IMG/VR virus record: IMGVR_UViG_2823577039_000003 | From: an uncultured virus (IMG/VR IMGVR_UViG_2823577039_000003) | Lineage: Duplodnaviria; Heunggongvirae; Uroviricota; Caudoviricetes | Direction: 5' to 3' (one strand) | Length of the DNA: 20,000 nucleotides | Part shown: positions 1 through 7,847 of the stretch, in pieces | How the letters are laid out: each line of letters opens with the position of its first letter | Position numbering within the stretch: the stretch's first letter is position 1 | Made by a program: the position numbers and the translations under genes | The notes under the pieces: generated by a model | What the model was told of the DNA's origin: nothing | The model's database searches: none | What the model saw: the letters and a program-made list of their open reading frames with translations, nothing else

Positions 1-1849
1 AAGTATCATAGCCCAGAGCGTTTCCATCGCTATCTAAAGCAGGAACTAAAGCACTGGTTTGAACACTCTTGAGTGCCATAACCTTATCCATTTGGTCTAC
101 TAAACCTAATTCGTTATTAACGCCTTCAATATCTAAATCTATTTGGTCGCCCGGGAAAATAAGAGCACTCAAGCGACTTTCTGAATCCTGAATGCGACCA
201 CTAAACAAATCAGTAGTGCGAGCACCAGCATAATCAAAGTCTAAAAAGACCTTAATATATTTATTTTGAACGTCTACACTTTGGTCTGCAGTTCCAGCAA
301 CTCTGGCCAAAAGTTCATCAGCCGGAAGTGTGCTACCATCAAGGTCAGTCATTTCTTGTTCATAAACATCCACAGTGGCTACAGGAGTAGTGTCTACAGA
401 ATAGAAAAAGATTTGGGCTGCTGGGTTGGCTTCTGTCCAAGTAGGAATATTTTCTGTCCAAGCATCACCATTTTGAGGAAATCCTAAATCACTGGCAGTC
501 AAGCCAGAGTCTTCAGAATGTTGAGTAATAATTTGTAAAACAGATTGAGTAAGTTCTACCGATTGATTGGCAGTCATTAATCCACTGGTTTGAGTAGCAA
601 GGATAGCGTTTTTAGAAGCAATTTCAGTGATGGTGCCATCAATGACTTTAAAAATAGTGGCTCCATTTTTATTCTTGGCTTCAAAGAGTTCAATCTTGTT
701 AGCACTGCCGGGGCGTGACCACTTCAGAGTGAAATCAGCGATATTGTCTGAACTAAGGTTTTCTGCCTTTTGCTCGCCACCACTACCTAAAAGATTAGCC
801 ATAGTAGTAAACTTTAATTTCATTCCAGATTGGACTATAATAACACCTTGGTCGGAAAGACGAGCAGGAGTATTAGGATCGGCATCCCAATTTTCAGGGT
901 CTACCAAGAACTCACTGAACTGGAGAACACCATCTTCAGCAGCAGGAGTCAAAAGGAAATAAATTGGTTGTTCTTTTAGAGGGTAAGGATACATACCACT
1001 GGAAGTTTTGTCTCTTTCTTCCCACTTAGGGATGGACAAACGACGATTATCTGTATTAGCATTAGTATATGCCTTCTGAACCTTGGCCGTTAACTTCTCT
1101 TGCATAGCAGATTCGCCTTCTGCCAATGTAATTGCTGGTTCTTCTACAACTTCTTCAACAACTTCGGGAGTTTCTTCAGTTTCTTCGGTTTCTTCAGCAG
1201 GGGTGGGTGCGGGAGGGGATGTGGTTGGTGGTGCAGGTGGCACAGGATTCGCCGGGGTTGAGGTTGCAGTTCCTGTGAGCATTTGGTTGATACCACGGTC
1301 ACCAATAACATAACTGGCTCCAACACTAACGGGGAACTCAGTAGTATAGTTAGTTCCTGCGGCCACTTTCTTAGCCGATGCAATCCAACTGGCAGTCGGT
1401 GAACCAGAATTAGCAATTTCTAAAATGTTAGCAGCCATCTGACCATTATGATCAAAGAAGGTAGCATTGAGAGCACGAGATGGTGGTGTCACACCTGCAG
1501 GTGTAGTTTTAGCCGTCTTTTGTGTTCCAGTAGTAGCCTTGCCCCTAACTTGAATATGACGAGTATAATCATCCTTTTCTACGAGGTCATTGAAACCCAG
1601 ACGTTGTGAAATAGCATCTGCGTCTGGTAGACTTTGCTTCATAGTAGAGATTTGAGCATATCGTTGAGTATTACCTGTGGTTCCCAAAAGAGGTTTGGAA
1701 CGATTAGAAAGTGGGATAGTAAATCCATTATCATTAAGTAAATCTACCACGTCATCAATGAGTGGTCCCTTAATGACAGCATCTTTAAGAGCCTCGGTTT
1801 GAAGATACTGAATGATGGTATCACACTGAACACTATTCAGGACTGGCAT
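1..1849 (-). CDS. Large hypothetical protein (>616 aa, runs off the left edge) with a Pro/Thr- and Glu-rich linker; possible structural protein
   Basis: Absent from the ORF track because it has no stop in the window. Read by hand from ATG at 1849: MPVLNSVQCDTIIQYLQTEALKDAVIKG...PANPVPPAPPTTSPPAPTPAEETEETEETPEVVEE...ALDSDGNALGYDT, in frame at base 2. TATAAATAG lies 21 nt upstream. Confidence 0.9.
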   Translation of the reverse strand, partial: MPVLNSVQCDTIIQYLQTEALKDAVIKGPLIDDVVDLLNDNGFTIPLSNRSKPLLGTTGNTQRYAQISTMKQSLPDADAISQRLGFNDLVEKDDYTRHIQVRGKATTGTQKTAKTTPAGVTPPSRALNATFFDHNGQMAANILEIANSGSPTASWIASAKKVAAGTNYTTEFPVSVGASYVIGDRGINQMLTGTATSTPANPVPPAPPTTSPPAPTPAEETEETEETPEVVEEVVEEPAITLAEGESAMQEKLTAKVQKAYTNANTDNRRLSIPKWEERDKTSSGMYPYPLKEQPIYFLLTPAAEDGVLQFSEFLVDPENWDADPNTPARLSDQGVIIVQSGMKLKFTTMANLLGSGGEQKAENLSSDNIADFTLKWSRPGSANKIELFEAKNKNGATIFKVIDGTITEIASKNAILATQTSGLMTANQSVELTQSVLQIITQHSEDSGLTASDLGFPQNGDAWTENIPTWTEANPAAQIFFYSVDTTPVATVDVYEQEMTDLDGSTLPADELLARVAGTADQSVDVQNKYIKVFLDFDYAGARTTDLFSGRIQDSESRLSALIFPGDQIDLDIEGVNNELGLVDQMDKVMALKSVQTSALVPALDSDGNALGYDT

Positions 1850-1870
1850 AGTTATGAATGCCTCTCCCAA

Positions 1871-1879
1871 CTATTTATA
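1871..1879 (-). promoter_or_regulatory. Archaeal-type TATA box TATAAATAG
   Basis: ctatttata on +; 21 nt from ATG at 1849. Confidence 0.85.
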
Positions 1880-1893
1880 GTTTAGGGTTATAG

Positions 1894-2328
1894 TTATATT
1901 TGGCGACCTTGTTCCCTTAAACCTTTGATTGCAGATGCACGAACAAATTGATAAACACGAGAAAACCATGCTACTTGAGAGTCAAAGAAATCTACTACAT
2001 ATTGCAACTGTTTATCTACCCTACCATAAGGACGTAAGGCTACTAAAAAATCTCGGAAATTAGAATTGGCCCAAACTGATAGTCCTACATCAGAAAGTGA
2101 AGATAAAAACTCATCATTTATCATTAACTGGTCAAACAACGGAGTGCGATCTTCTTCAGTGTTGGGAACGTAGTAAGGATTGAGGCCAATAAATCTATCA
2201 GCCATTTCTAAATAGGAATTAACATGAATGCTGGTAACCCATTCCAACCAACCATCAATTTGAACTTGACAAAATCTTGCCCAAACAGGGTTGACTTCCT
2301 CAACTTCACTCTTCTTCTCCGACATCAT
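1894..2328 (-). CDS. Hypothetical protein (~144 aa, helical, aromatic-rich)
   Basis: ORF 1894..2364. The likelier start is ATGATG at 2328/2325, preceded by GTGGAGA and overlapping the end of the upstream gene. Confidence 0.8.
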   Translation of the reverse strand: MMSEKKSEVEEVNPVWARFCQVQIDGWLEWVTSIHVNSYLEMADRFIGLNPYYVPNTEEDRTPLFDQLMINDEFLSSLSDVGLSVWANSNFRDFLVALRPYGRVDKQLQYVVDFFDSQVAWFSRVYQFVRASAIKGLREQGRQI

Positions 2329-3469
2329 TCTCCACGACTCCTTCATCAATGATTTCGGCTTCAATTACTGGTTCTTCAATAATTTCTTCTTCTGGTGTTG
2401 GGTAAGAAACTACTTCGTCAAAGTCATTAGGGTTAAACTCTTCTTCTTCCCATGGGGCTTCTACTGATTCCTCGGTTTCTTCTAAGACACTCAAGTCAAT
2501 TGGTTCAAGGAAACCAGAAAAGGAGGGAACTTGTCTAACTTCGCCGTTCATTGGATTAGTATCACCTTCTAAGTTCTGTGGCACAGGCATCTTATCAGAA
2601 TCTTTGAAAGTCACTTTACTGGTATGAGAAATCTTTTGCTTTTCCATTTTCATGGCTTCATTGATTTTCTCTAATCCTAAATCTAAAGAGATGCCATCGC
2701 CTTTAGTATAATCAATAGCGTTGCTGGTTCTACCAAAGTTATTAGTTTTCAATTGGCGATCGCTGCCTTTGATTTGGTCTAAAGACATACCTTGTTCAGC
2801 AGCCAATCTTTCTAAACCAACAGTCATAAAAGTATTGTGAACTTCAGCATTGTATTCTTCTTCTTTGCTGGGTTGAATGCCCATGGCTTCTTCCCAATCT
2901 ACACCTTCTGTAAAGATATTTCTTTCAACAGGAATACCTTCATTAACTGCCCGGGGTTTGGGCATAGGTTTTACCTCGGTTTCAGGGGCGACTTCTTCGC
3001 CAACAGGTTCCATGGTTTCTCCGATGAATAATCCCATGTCGCCAGTGGACTGTGCTTCTTTAATTTGATTAAGGAAATCACGGTCTTCGTCTGATAACTC
3101 TTTCTGTTTGCCAGCGAAATATTCCATAGCGTTTTTGACTACAGGTGTGACATCAGTTAAGAACTCAATAAGACTGCCTGCAGTTTGAGCCGTAGGGCTG
3201 GAAGAAATACTATCTCCAACACCATATTTATCTAAGAAATTAAGAACAGGAACTAAGACTTTATCAGACATATCTGGGTCTACATTAAACTTACGAGCCA
3301 AATCTGCTTGATTGTTACTCCCTACCAGCATTTCCATCAAAGACTTTTGCTTTTCTTGCTTTGCTTTAGAAGTAAGTTTAGGGGCTTTTCTTTCTTGAGC
3401 CAACAAACGCTCAACTTCATCAAGTTCATCTCGTTGAATAAGATGATCAAAGGGATTATCCTCAGCCAT
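2306..3469 (-). CDS. Acidic hypothetical protein (387 aa)
   Basis: Long ORF. Start revised to MAEDNPF (ATG at 3469) because TATAAATAC lies 21 nt upstream. Very Glu-rich C-terminus. Confidence 0.88.
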   Translation of the reverse strand: MAEDNPFDHLIQRDELDEVERLLAQERKAPKLTSKAKQEKQKSLMEMLVGSNNQADLARKFNVDPDMSDKVLVPVLNFLDKYGVGDSISSSPTAQTAGSLIEFLTDVTPVVKNAMEYFAGKQKELSDEDRDFLNQIKEAQSTGDMGLFIGETMEPVGEEVAPETEVKPMPKPRAVNEGIPVERNIFTEGVDWEEAMGIQPSKEEEYNAEVHNTFMTVGLERLAAEQGMSLDQIKGSDRQLKTNNFGRTSNAIDYTKGDGISLDLGLEKINEAMKMEKQKISHTSKVTFKDSDKMPVPQNLEGDTNPMNGEVRQVPSFSGFLEPIDLSVLEETEESVEAPWEEEEFNPNDFDEVVSYPTPEEEIIEEPVIEAEIIDEGVVENDVGEEE

Positions 3470-3490
3470 AATATCCCATCGTTGTTTCTT

Positions 3491-3499
3491 GTATTTATA
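3491..3499 (-). promoter_or_regulatory. TATA box TATAAATAC overlapping the upstream stop codon
   Basis: gtatttata on +; 21 nt from ATG at 3469; contains the TAA (3495-3497) of the upstream gene. Confidence 0.75.
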
Positions 3500-4013
3500 T
3501 CTTATGGTGCCGACCAACTGCGATATCAAATCCTACTTTGAGTGCATCCACCCAAACTTCATTCATAGTTTGCCCTTCATCTCGTTGTTCACGGATAGAA
3601 GATTCTATGGCATCAGCGGCTTGGCGTAGCGAATTAGCCAAAATAGATTGTAAAAAGGAATCGTCATCTACGGAGTTAGCAGCCGACTTATCAATGAAAT
3701 CACATAATTGATGTGTTAATTTACGCATTTCTCGTTCACGGAAACTGGTTTTCACAGACATAATTTGATGAAAGAAGTCAGACTCTACGGCTTGCTTCAT
3801 TTTATCCTGTGCAGGAATGTCTTGGTCTTCTAATACTTGTAACATAGACATAAAGTTATCAAAATATTCTTCAGAATGGTCGGGGTCAGAAACTCCTATC
3901 TGGTCCATGAAAGAATCAAATTGAACTAAAAGGTTATGTTGTCGCTCTTTTTCTAAAAGACGGCGATAACTCTTCAACATGGTTTGCATACCTTTTAGAT
4001 CCAGTTTATCCAA
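3495..4013 (-). CDS. Hypothetical alpha-helical protein (172 aa)
   Basis: TTG start preceded by the strong archaeal SD GAGGTGAT, just after the upstream stop at 4025. Confidence 0.85.
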   Translation of the reverse strand: MDKLDLKGMQTMLKSYRRLLEKERQHNLLVQFDSFMDQIGVSDPDHSEEYFDNFMSMLQVLEDQDIPAQDKMKQAVESDFFHQIMSVKTSFREREMRKLTHQLCDFIDKSAANSVDDDSFLQSILANSLRQAADAIESSIREQRDEGQTMNEVWVDALKVGFDIAVGRHHKI

Positions 4014-4024
4014 AGTTAATCACC

Positions 4025-4831
4025 TCAATACTGGGGTGTATTACGATTTTGGTAGTTACGAAGTAATTCTGCATCAAAGAACTTATTGCGGTCAAAGTTT
4101 TGTTCTGCTGCTTTGACGGCTTGTTCTTTTTGACGGTTATCTTCGGCTCGCTTAATCGCAATTTCAGCCTCAGCCAGTTTTGTTCCAATGTTATCAATTT
4201 CAGAACCCAGTGAATCTATTTTACCTTTGTAATACATAGACATACCAATAGCACCACCTAATCCACCGACTACCATACCAATGGCTCCACTGGTCCATGG
4301 GGATACACCAAACATAGCAGATGCAACGGGCATATCTTTAACTGCACTGCCTGTGAAAGCATTTTCAGCAGCCTTAGCATCAGAGTGGTTGGCACTGTGT
4401 TCTACAGGGGAACGGGATTGCATACGACGGCGAACTTCTCGGTGAAGTGCTGACATATCTTTTCGGAACTTAGTAAACTCAGCATCCGATTTAATCTCGG
4501 CAGTTTCCATAGTGTGCATTAAATCTGAAAGGTCGGCATCTGACATTTCACTTAATCGCAGACTGCGTTTAACAGAGATTGAATCTTCGGCAGCAAATGT
4601 AGTATAAGTATTTTCAAACATAGGTGTCTCCTCGGCTTCTACAATACAATCAGTAATCTTTTTAAAACCACGGATTCCCTTACCACGCTCACCTAATAAA
4701 TACTTTCCGGGGCCTGTGGCATGAGCAAGATTAACAAAGGTTTCCAAGGGGATTTCCGTTTCAGAAACTATAACATCTTGACATCCTGAGTTTTTGACAC
4801 CTTTTTCGTATCGGCGGATGAAGTAGGGCAT
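4025..4831 (-). CDS. Hypothetical membrane-associated protein (268 aa) with a Gly-rich hydrophobic helix followed by a coiled coil
   Basis: GAIGMVVGGLGGAIGMSMYY segment, then heptad-like IDSLGSEIDNIGTKLAEAEIAIKRAE; TATA box 21 nt upstream. Confidence 0.88.
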   Translation of the reverse strand: MPYFIRRYEKGVKNSGCQDVIVSETEIPLETFVNLAHATGPGKYLLGERGKGIRGFKKITDCIVEAEETPMFENTYTTFAAEDSISVKRSLRLSEMSDADLSDLMHTMETAEIKSDAEFTKFRKDMSALHREVRRRMQSRSPVEHSANHSDAKAAENAFTGSAVKDMPVASAMFGVSPWTSGAIGMVVGGLGGAIGMSMYYKGKIDSLGSEIDNIGTKLAEAEIAIKRAEDNRQKEQAVKAAEQNFDRNKFFDAELLRNYQNRNTPQY

Positions 4832-4852
4832 ACCTCATATGGGACGGTTCAA

Positions 4853-4861
4853 CTACTTATA
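4853..4861 (-). promoter_or_regulatory. TATA box TATAAGTAG
   Basis: ctacttata on +; 21 nt from ATG at 4831. Confidence 0.8.
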
Positions 4862-4904
4862 CCTTTCGGACAAAATGGGACCTAAATCCGAATTACTTAT
4901 CCGA

Positions 4905-5414
4905 TTAAGACCAGACAGTAGCCAAGGCTTCATAGGCTTTATCTAAGGTATCATTATCAGGTTCTTCGCCATCTTCCATTTTACCTATAAGTTCTTGGAG
5001 GGCAGTAATAGTCATAACAATTTGTCGCCATTTGAGTTCCCTCAATCTTTCGTAAACTCCTCGTTCTTCAGCACGGTTGACAAAGTTTTTACTTTCTAAA
5101 TACTTTACCAGTGCTAAGAGGTCTAAACGCCATCTAATTCCGCCTCTGCGATCTTTAGATTGAGCGTGTTTGAACATAGGTCGGTTGCGAAGCACACCGA
5201 TAACTTCACGAGAGGTATATCTTCGTGGTTTGAGTTGCACCATTTTTTCAGAGATTTCTGTAGAGTAGCCGTAGCCTTCGTGTGCCAAGAGATAATCCAC
5301 AATATCAAAAACTAACGATTCCGTCAAGGGTAATGGACGGGTGTCTCGCTTTCGCTTTGCGGGTTTTTCTTCAGGGTCTTTTGAAAAATCATAACCCTTT
5401 TCATCCTTGGCCAT
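4905..5414 (-). CDS. Putative winged helix-turn-helix DNA-binding protein (169 aa)
   Basis: LVFDIVDYLLAHEGYGYSTEISEKM...TSREVIGVLRNRPMF...RWRL fits a helix-helix-helix-wing pattern; GAGGAGTGA SD upstream. The CDS is secure; the fold is by eye. Confidence 0.6.
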   Translation of the reverse strand: MAKDEKGYDFSKDPEEKPAKRKRDTRPLPLTESLVFDIVDYLLAHEGYGYSTEISEKMVQLKPRRYTSREVIGVLRNRPMFKHAQSKDRRGGIRWRLDLLALVKYLESKNFVNRAEERGVYERLRELKWRQIVMTITALQELIGKMEDGEEPDNDTLDKAYEALATVWS

Positions 5415-5421
5415 GAAGAGG

Positions 5422-5817
5422 TCACTCCTCTTCTTCTAACTCAGGTTCAGGAAGTCCTAAAGAGATTCTAACCATGTCTGCTTTTTCAGCATCGTAGGCT
5501 AATTTAGCATCAGCCAGTTCCATACCTTCGGCTACTTTATCCTTGATGTAGGATTTTCGGTTGGACTCAAACTCCATGAGGGCGAGAATAGCAGCATTTT
5601 CATCATCTACTTGACGACCATCATCATCGGATTCAAACAAATCTTCTACTTCTTGTTCAGCAGTCAAATAATCAGTGGCATCAACGTTGACATATTCGTC
5701 AAGTTCATCGTCCATAACTTTACCAGTTACGCCTTCTTGCATTTTTTCTACCATTTCCAAAGCCTGTGGCTTAGTTACTCTAAATCCGACTCTTTCCCAG
5801 TATCGTGTCTCGGTCAT
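5422..5817 (-). CDS. Acidic hypothetical protein (131 aa)
   Basis: ORF with TATAAATAG 22 nt upstream. Confidence 0.85.
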   Translation of the reverse strand: MTETRYWERVGFRVTKPQALEMVEKMQEGVTGKVMDDELDEYVNVDATDYLTAEQEVEDLFESDDDGRQVDDENAAILALMEFESNRKSYIKDKVAEGMELADAKLAYDAEKADMVRISLGLPEPELEEEE

Positions 5818-5839
5818 GGTAAACCATGTGGTAAACTAC

Positions 5840-5848
5840 CTATTTATA
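5840..5848 (-). promoter_or_regulatory. TATA box TATAAATAG
   Basis: ctatttata on +; 22 nt from ATG at 5817. Confidence 0.8.
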
Positions 5849-5855
5849 TCTTTTC

Positions 5856-6014
5856 TTAATTCGGAGTGACAGAAATAATTTTACGATTGGATTTAATAGC
5901 AGAAATCAATTGGTCAGGATCGGTCACAGGGTCGCCTTCTACGAATTATAAATAACCTAAATCCAGTTGGTATTGGAATAAATGACGCAAAGCATTTTCT
6001 TCGCTACGATTCAT
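5856..6014 (-). pseudogene. Small ORF interrupted by one in-frame TAA (5946-5948)
   Basis: Hand translation MNRSEENALRHLFQYQLDLGYL*FVEGDPVTDPDQLISAIKSNRKIISVTPN*; starts in an ATGA overlap with the upstream stop and fills the gap to the next promoter. Confidence 0.55.
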
Positions 6015-6433
6015 TTTTTACGCCTCTTTGACTTTTTCCGGGGTTTGGCACCAAGAGTCATGTTAACAGGAGAATCAGGGTTATCTAAATCTTGAGTCAG
6101 ACAGCGATGCCCGCAATAGGAACGAGTAGTAACGACTTTGTGCCAACGAGCAGATTTAGTTTTATGCCATCCCAAAGTAATCATGTGTCCCTGATCGAAC
6201 TTGTTATCACAGCAACTGCATTGAGCACCATCTTCGGTAGCCACTTCTCCAGTGTCGTCTAACCACTGGCCGTCATCGTCTTGTAGCAACATCCGAAGGC
6301 ATTCAATAGAACATAAAACATCGGAATTAAGATGTTCAGACCACCTACCGTTAGCATTAAACAAAGTATCGGTAAAAATAACTACAGGTTTATTAGTTTT
6401 AATCACGGTATCACACATCACGCATTGGCTCAT
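6011..6433 (-). CDS. Tandem zinc-finger protein (two CxxC...CxxxC units, TRASH/zf-FCS-like treble clef) with a basic tail
   Basis: CVMC...LCSIEC and CSCC...YCGHRC; C-terminal KPRKKSKRRKK; AAGGAG SD and ATGA overlap. Confidence 0.75.
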   Translation of the reverse strand: MSQCVMCDTVIKTNKPVVIFTDTLFNANGRWSEHLNSDVLCSIECLRMLLQDDDGQWLDDTGEVATEDGAQCSCCDNKFDQGHMITLGWHKTKSARWHKVVTTRSYCGHRCLTQDLDNPDSPVNMTLGAKPRKKSKRRKK

Positions 6434-6552
6434 TCTACCAACTCCTTAAGTTCTTGTTTCATGCCACTAATAATAAACGGAAAGTGGTAATCGTTGAGAA
6501 TCTTTTTAATACCTTCACGCATTCGCTGGACTTCATCACATTCGCAACTCAT
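6430..6552 (-). CDS. Small hypothetical protein (40 aa)
   Basis: Hand translation MSCECDEVQRMREGIKKILNDYHFPFIISGMKQELKELVE*; GAGGTGA SD; ATGA overlaps at both ends. Confidence 0.8.
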   Translation of the reverse strand: MSCECDEVQRMREGIKKILNDYHFPFIISGMKQELKELVE

Positions 6553-6920
6553 TCAATCACCTCGTATAACTGCCATTCTCCAGAAGCGAGACCATCTTTA
6601 TGAGAGAATAATCTACCGACTGGAAATCCATGGGCTTGACGCTCGTTATCGGCTCTCAATCTGCCTCCACATTCTAATTCAAAAGGTGGGTCGTGAAAAC
6701 GAGATCGCCATGCAAAAGAATCAACGGAATCAACGGCTATGGGACGAAGATGATAGGAATCATCTAATTCGCCCACAAGGACGTGAAGCCCTTGGCCGCT
6801 GGATGATACCCGATACCAGACCCTTTCGGGTCCAAAAGACTCGGCCAACTGGCTCAAAGCCTGCTGGACGATATCATTATCTATGGCGACATCATCCCAA
6901 TCAAAAGTTAACACTCCCAT
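6549..6920 (-). CDS. Minimal archaeo-eukaryotic primase (AEP)/prim-pol-like protein (123 aa)
   Basis: LTFDWD (motif I hhhDhD) and VSSSGQGLHV (motif II SxxGxH); motif III unclear. Start revised to ATG at 6920 from promoter spacing. Confidence 0.55.
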   Translation of the reverse strand: MGVLTFDWDDVAIDNDIVQQALSQLAESFGPERVWYRVSSSGQGLHVLVGELDDSYHLRPIAVDSVDSFAWRSRFHDPPFELECGGRLRADNERQAHGFPVGRLFSHKDGLASGEWQLYEVIE

Positions 6921-6941
6921 AGGAGTAATTAGTAACAACCT

Positions 6942-6951
6942 CTGTTATATA
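6942..6951 (-). promoter_or_regulatory. Variant TATA box TATATAACAG
   Basis: ctgttatata on +; 21 nt from ATG at 6920. Confidence 0.6.
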
Positions 6952-6959
6952 GTTTGAGA

Positions 6960-7649
6960 TTACTTCTTAAGCATCTTGGAAGCAAAAATACCGCCAACAA
7001 CTACGAGAGCAGCAATACCACCGTAAAGTAGGTAATTGGTTTCGTCTTCTTCAGTGTCATCGCCGTTTCCGCCATTATCAGAACCACCGTTGCCACCATT
7101 AGAACCGCCGTTGTCGCCGTTTGTGCCGTTATCACCAGTTCCGTTGTCGCCACCCGCAGGTGTGATAGGAACTACTTCATCAAGAGTGATATTGTAGGAG
7201 TCTCCACGAATCCATGGAACTTCAGTAGTTACGTTTGCAGAACCATCTGCAGGGACATAAACTACGTTTTTTCCACGGCCATCACGGTAGAGTGAGTCGC
7301 CGGGCTTAAGGTCAAAGGAAAAGGTTTGTTTGCCGGGGCGTGATAGGTTAACAGTTTGACTAACTATATCAGCAGCACTGTCAAGTGTAAAGTGGAATCC
7401 TTTATCGTATCCTGTTTTAACTCCACCACTTACGTTAGTAGTGTGAGAGCCAGCACCAGTGCCACCATCACCGATACTAAAACGACTAAAGTTGGCACCG
7501 TCATAGTTAGTAATGTTAGCACTATCAATGGTTGCTGCACCGAATTGTTTTGATGGTAGCGACATCAAACTTTCTGCGCTGAATGTTGGTAGTGGGAGAT
7601 TAGTCTCGGATTGAAACTTTCCAAATGAGTTATAGTCTACAAAGCCCAT
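6960..7649 (-). CDS. Tail-anchored membrane protein (229 aa): beta-rich domain, G/N/D linker, single C-terminal TM helix
   Basis: No N-terminal hydrophobic signal; linker GGDNGTGDNGTNGDNGGSNGGNGGSDNGGNG; C-terminus YLLYGGIAALVVVGGIFASKMLKK. Confidence 0.85.
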   Translation of the reverse strand: MGFVDYNSFGKFQSETNLPLPTFSAESLMSLPSKQFGAATIDSANITNYDGANFSRFSIGDGGTGAGSHTTNVSGGVKTGYDKGFHFTLDSAADIVSQTVNLSRPGKQTFSFDLKPGDSLYRDGRGKNVVYVPADGSANVTTEVPWIRGDSYNITLDEVVPITPAGGDNGTGDNGTNGDNGGSNGGNGGSDNGGNGDDTEEDETNYLLYGGIAALVVVGGIFASKMLKK

Positions 7650-7670
7650 GTAAAGAATAATACTCCACTA

Positions 7671-7679
7671 CTATTTATA
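7671..7679 (-). promoter_or_regulatory. TATA box TATAAATAG
   Basis: ctatttata on +; 21 nt from ATG at 7649. Confidence 0.85.
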
Positions 7680-7687
7680 TTTAACGA

Positions 7688-7846
7688 CTATTCTTCTTCG
7701 TCATCATTAGTATTTTTATGATACCAGACCAGAAGTTTACTTAACTGTTCATTTCGCCAGAGAACCCAGCGCACAAAATAAATATTCGCAAAGCCATGCA
7801 AGATCACAGCCATCATAATTAGCCATACAATTGTTAAGTCATCCAT
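7688..7846 (-). CDS. Small single-pass membrane protein (52 aa)
   Basis: Hand translation MDDLTIVWLIMMAVILHGFANIYFVRWVLWRNEQLSKLLVWYHKNTNDDEEE*; ATG 1 nt after the ATPase stop, with a GGGTGAG SD. Confidence 0.8.
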   Translation of the reverse strand: MDDLTIVWLIMMAVILHGFANIYFVRWVLWRNEQLSKLLVWYHKNTNDDEEE

Positions 7847-7847
7847 T

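Noticed and set aside
4865..4892. Inverted repeat TTCGGA...TCCGAA in an intergenic gap
   Set aside because: Only 6-bp arms with a 16-nt loop; compatible with chance.
5946..5948. Genome-wide stop-codon reassignment
   Set aside because: TAA, TAG and TGA all terminate other genes normally, and long ORFs are open in the standard code.
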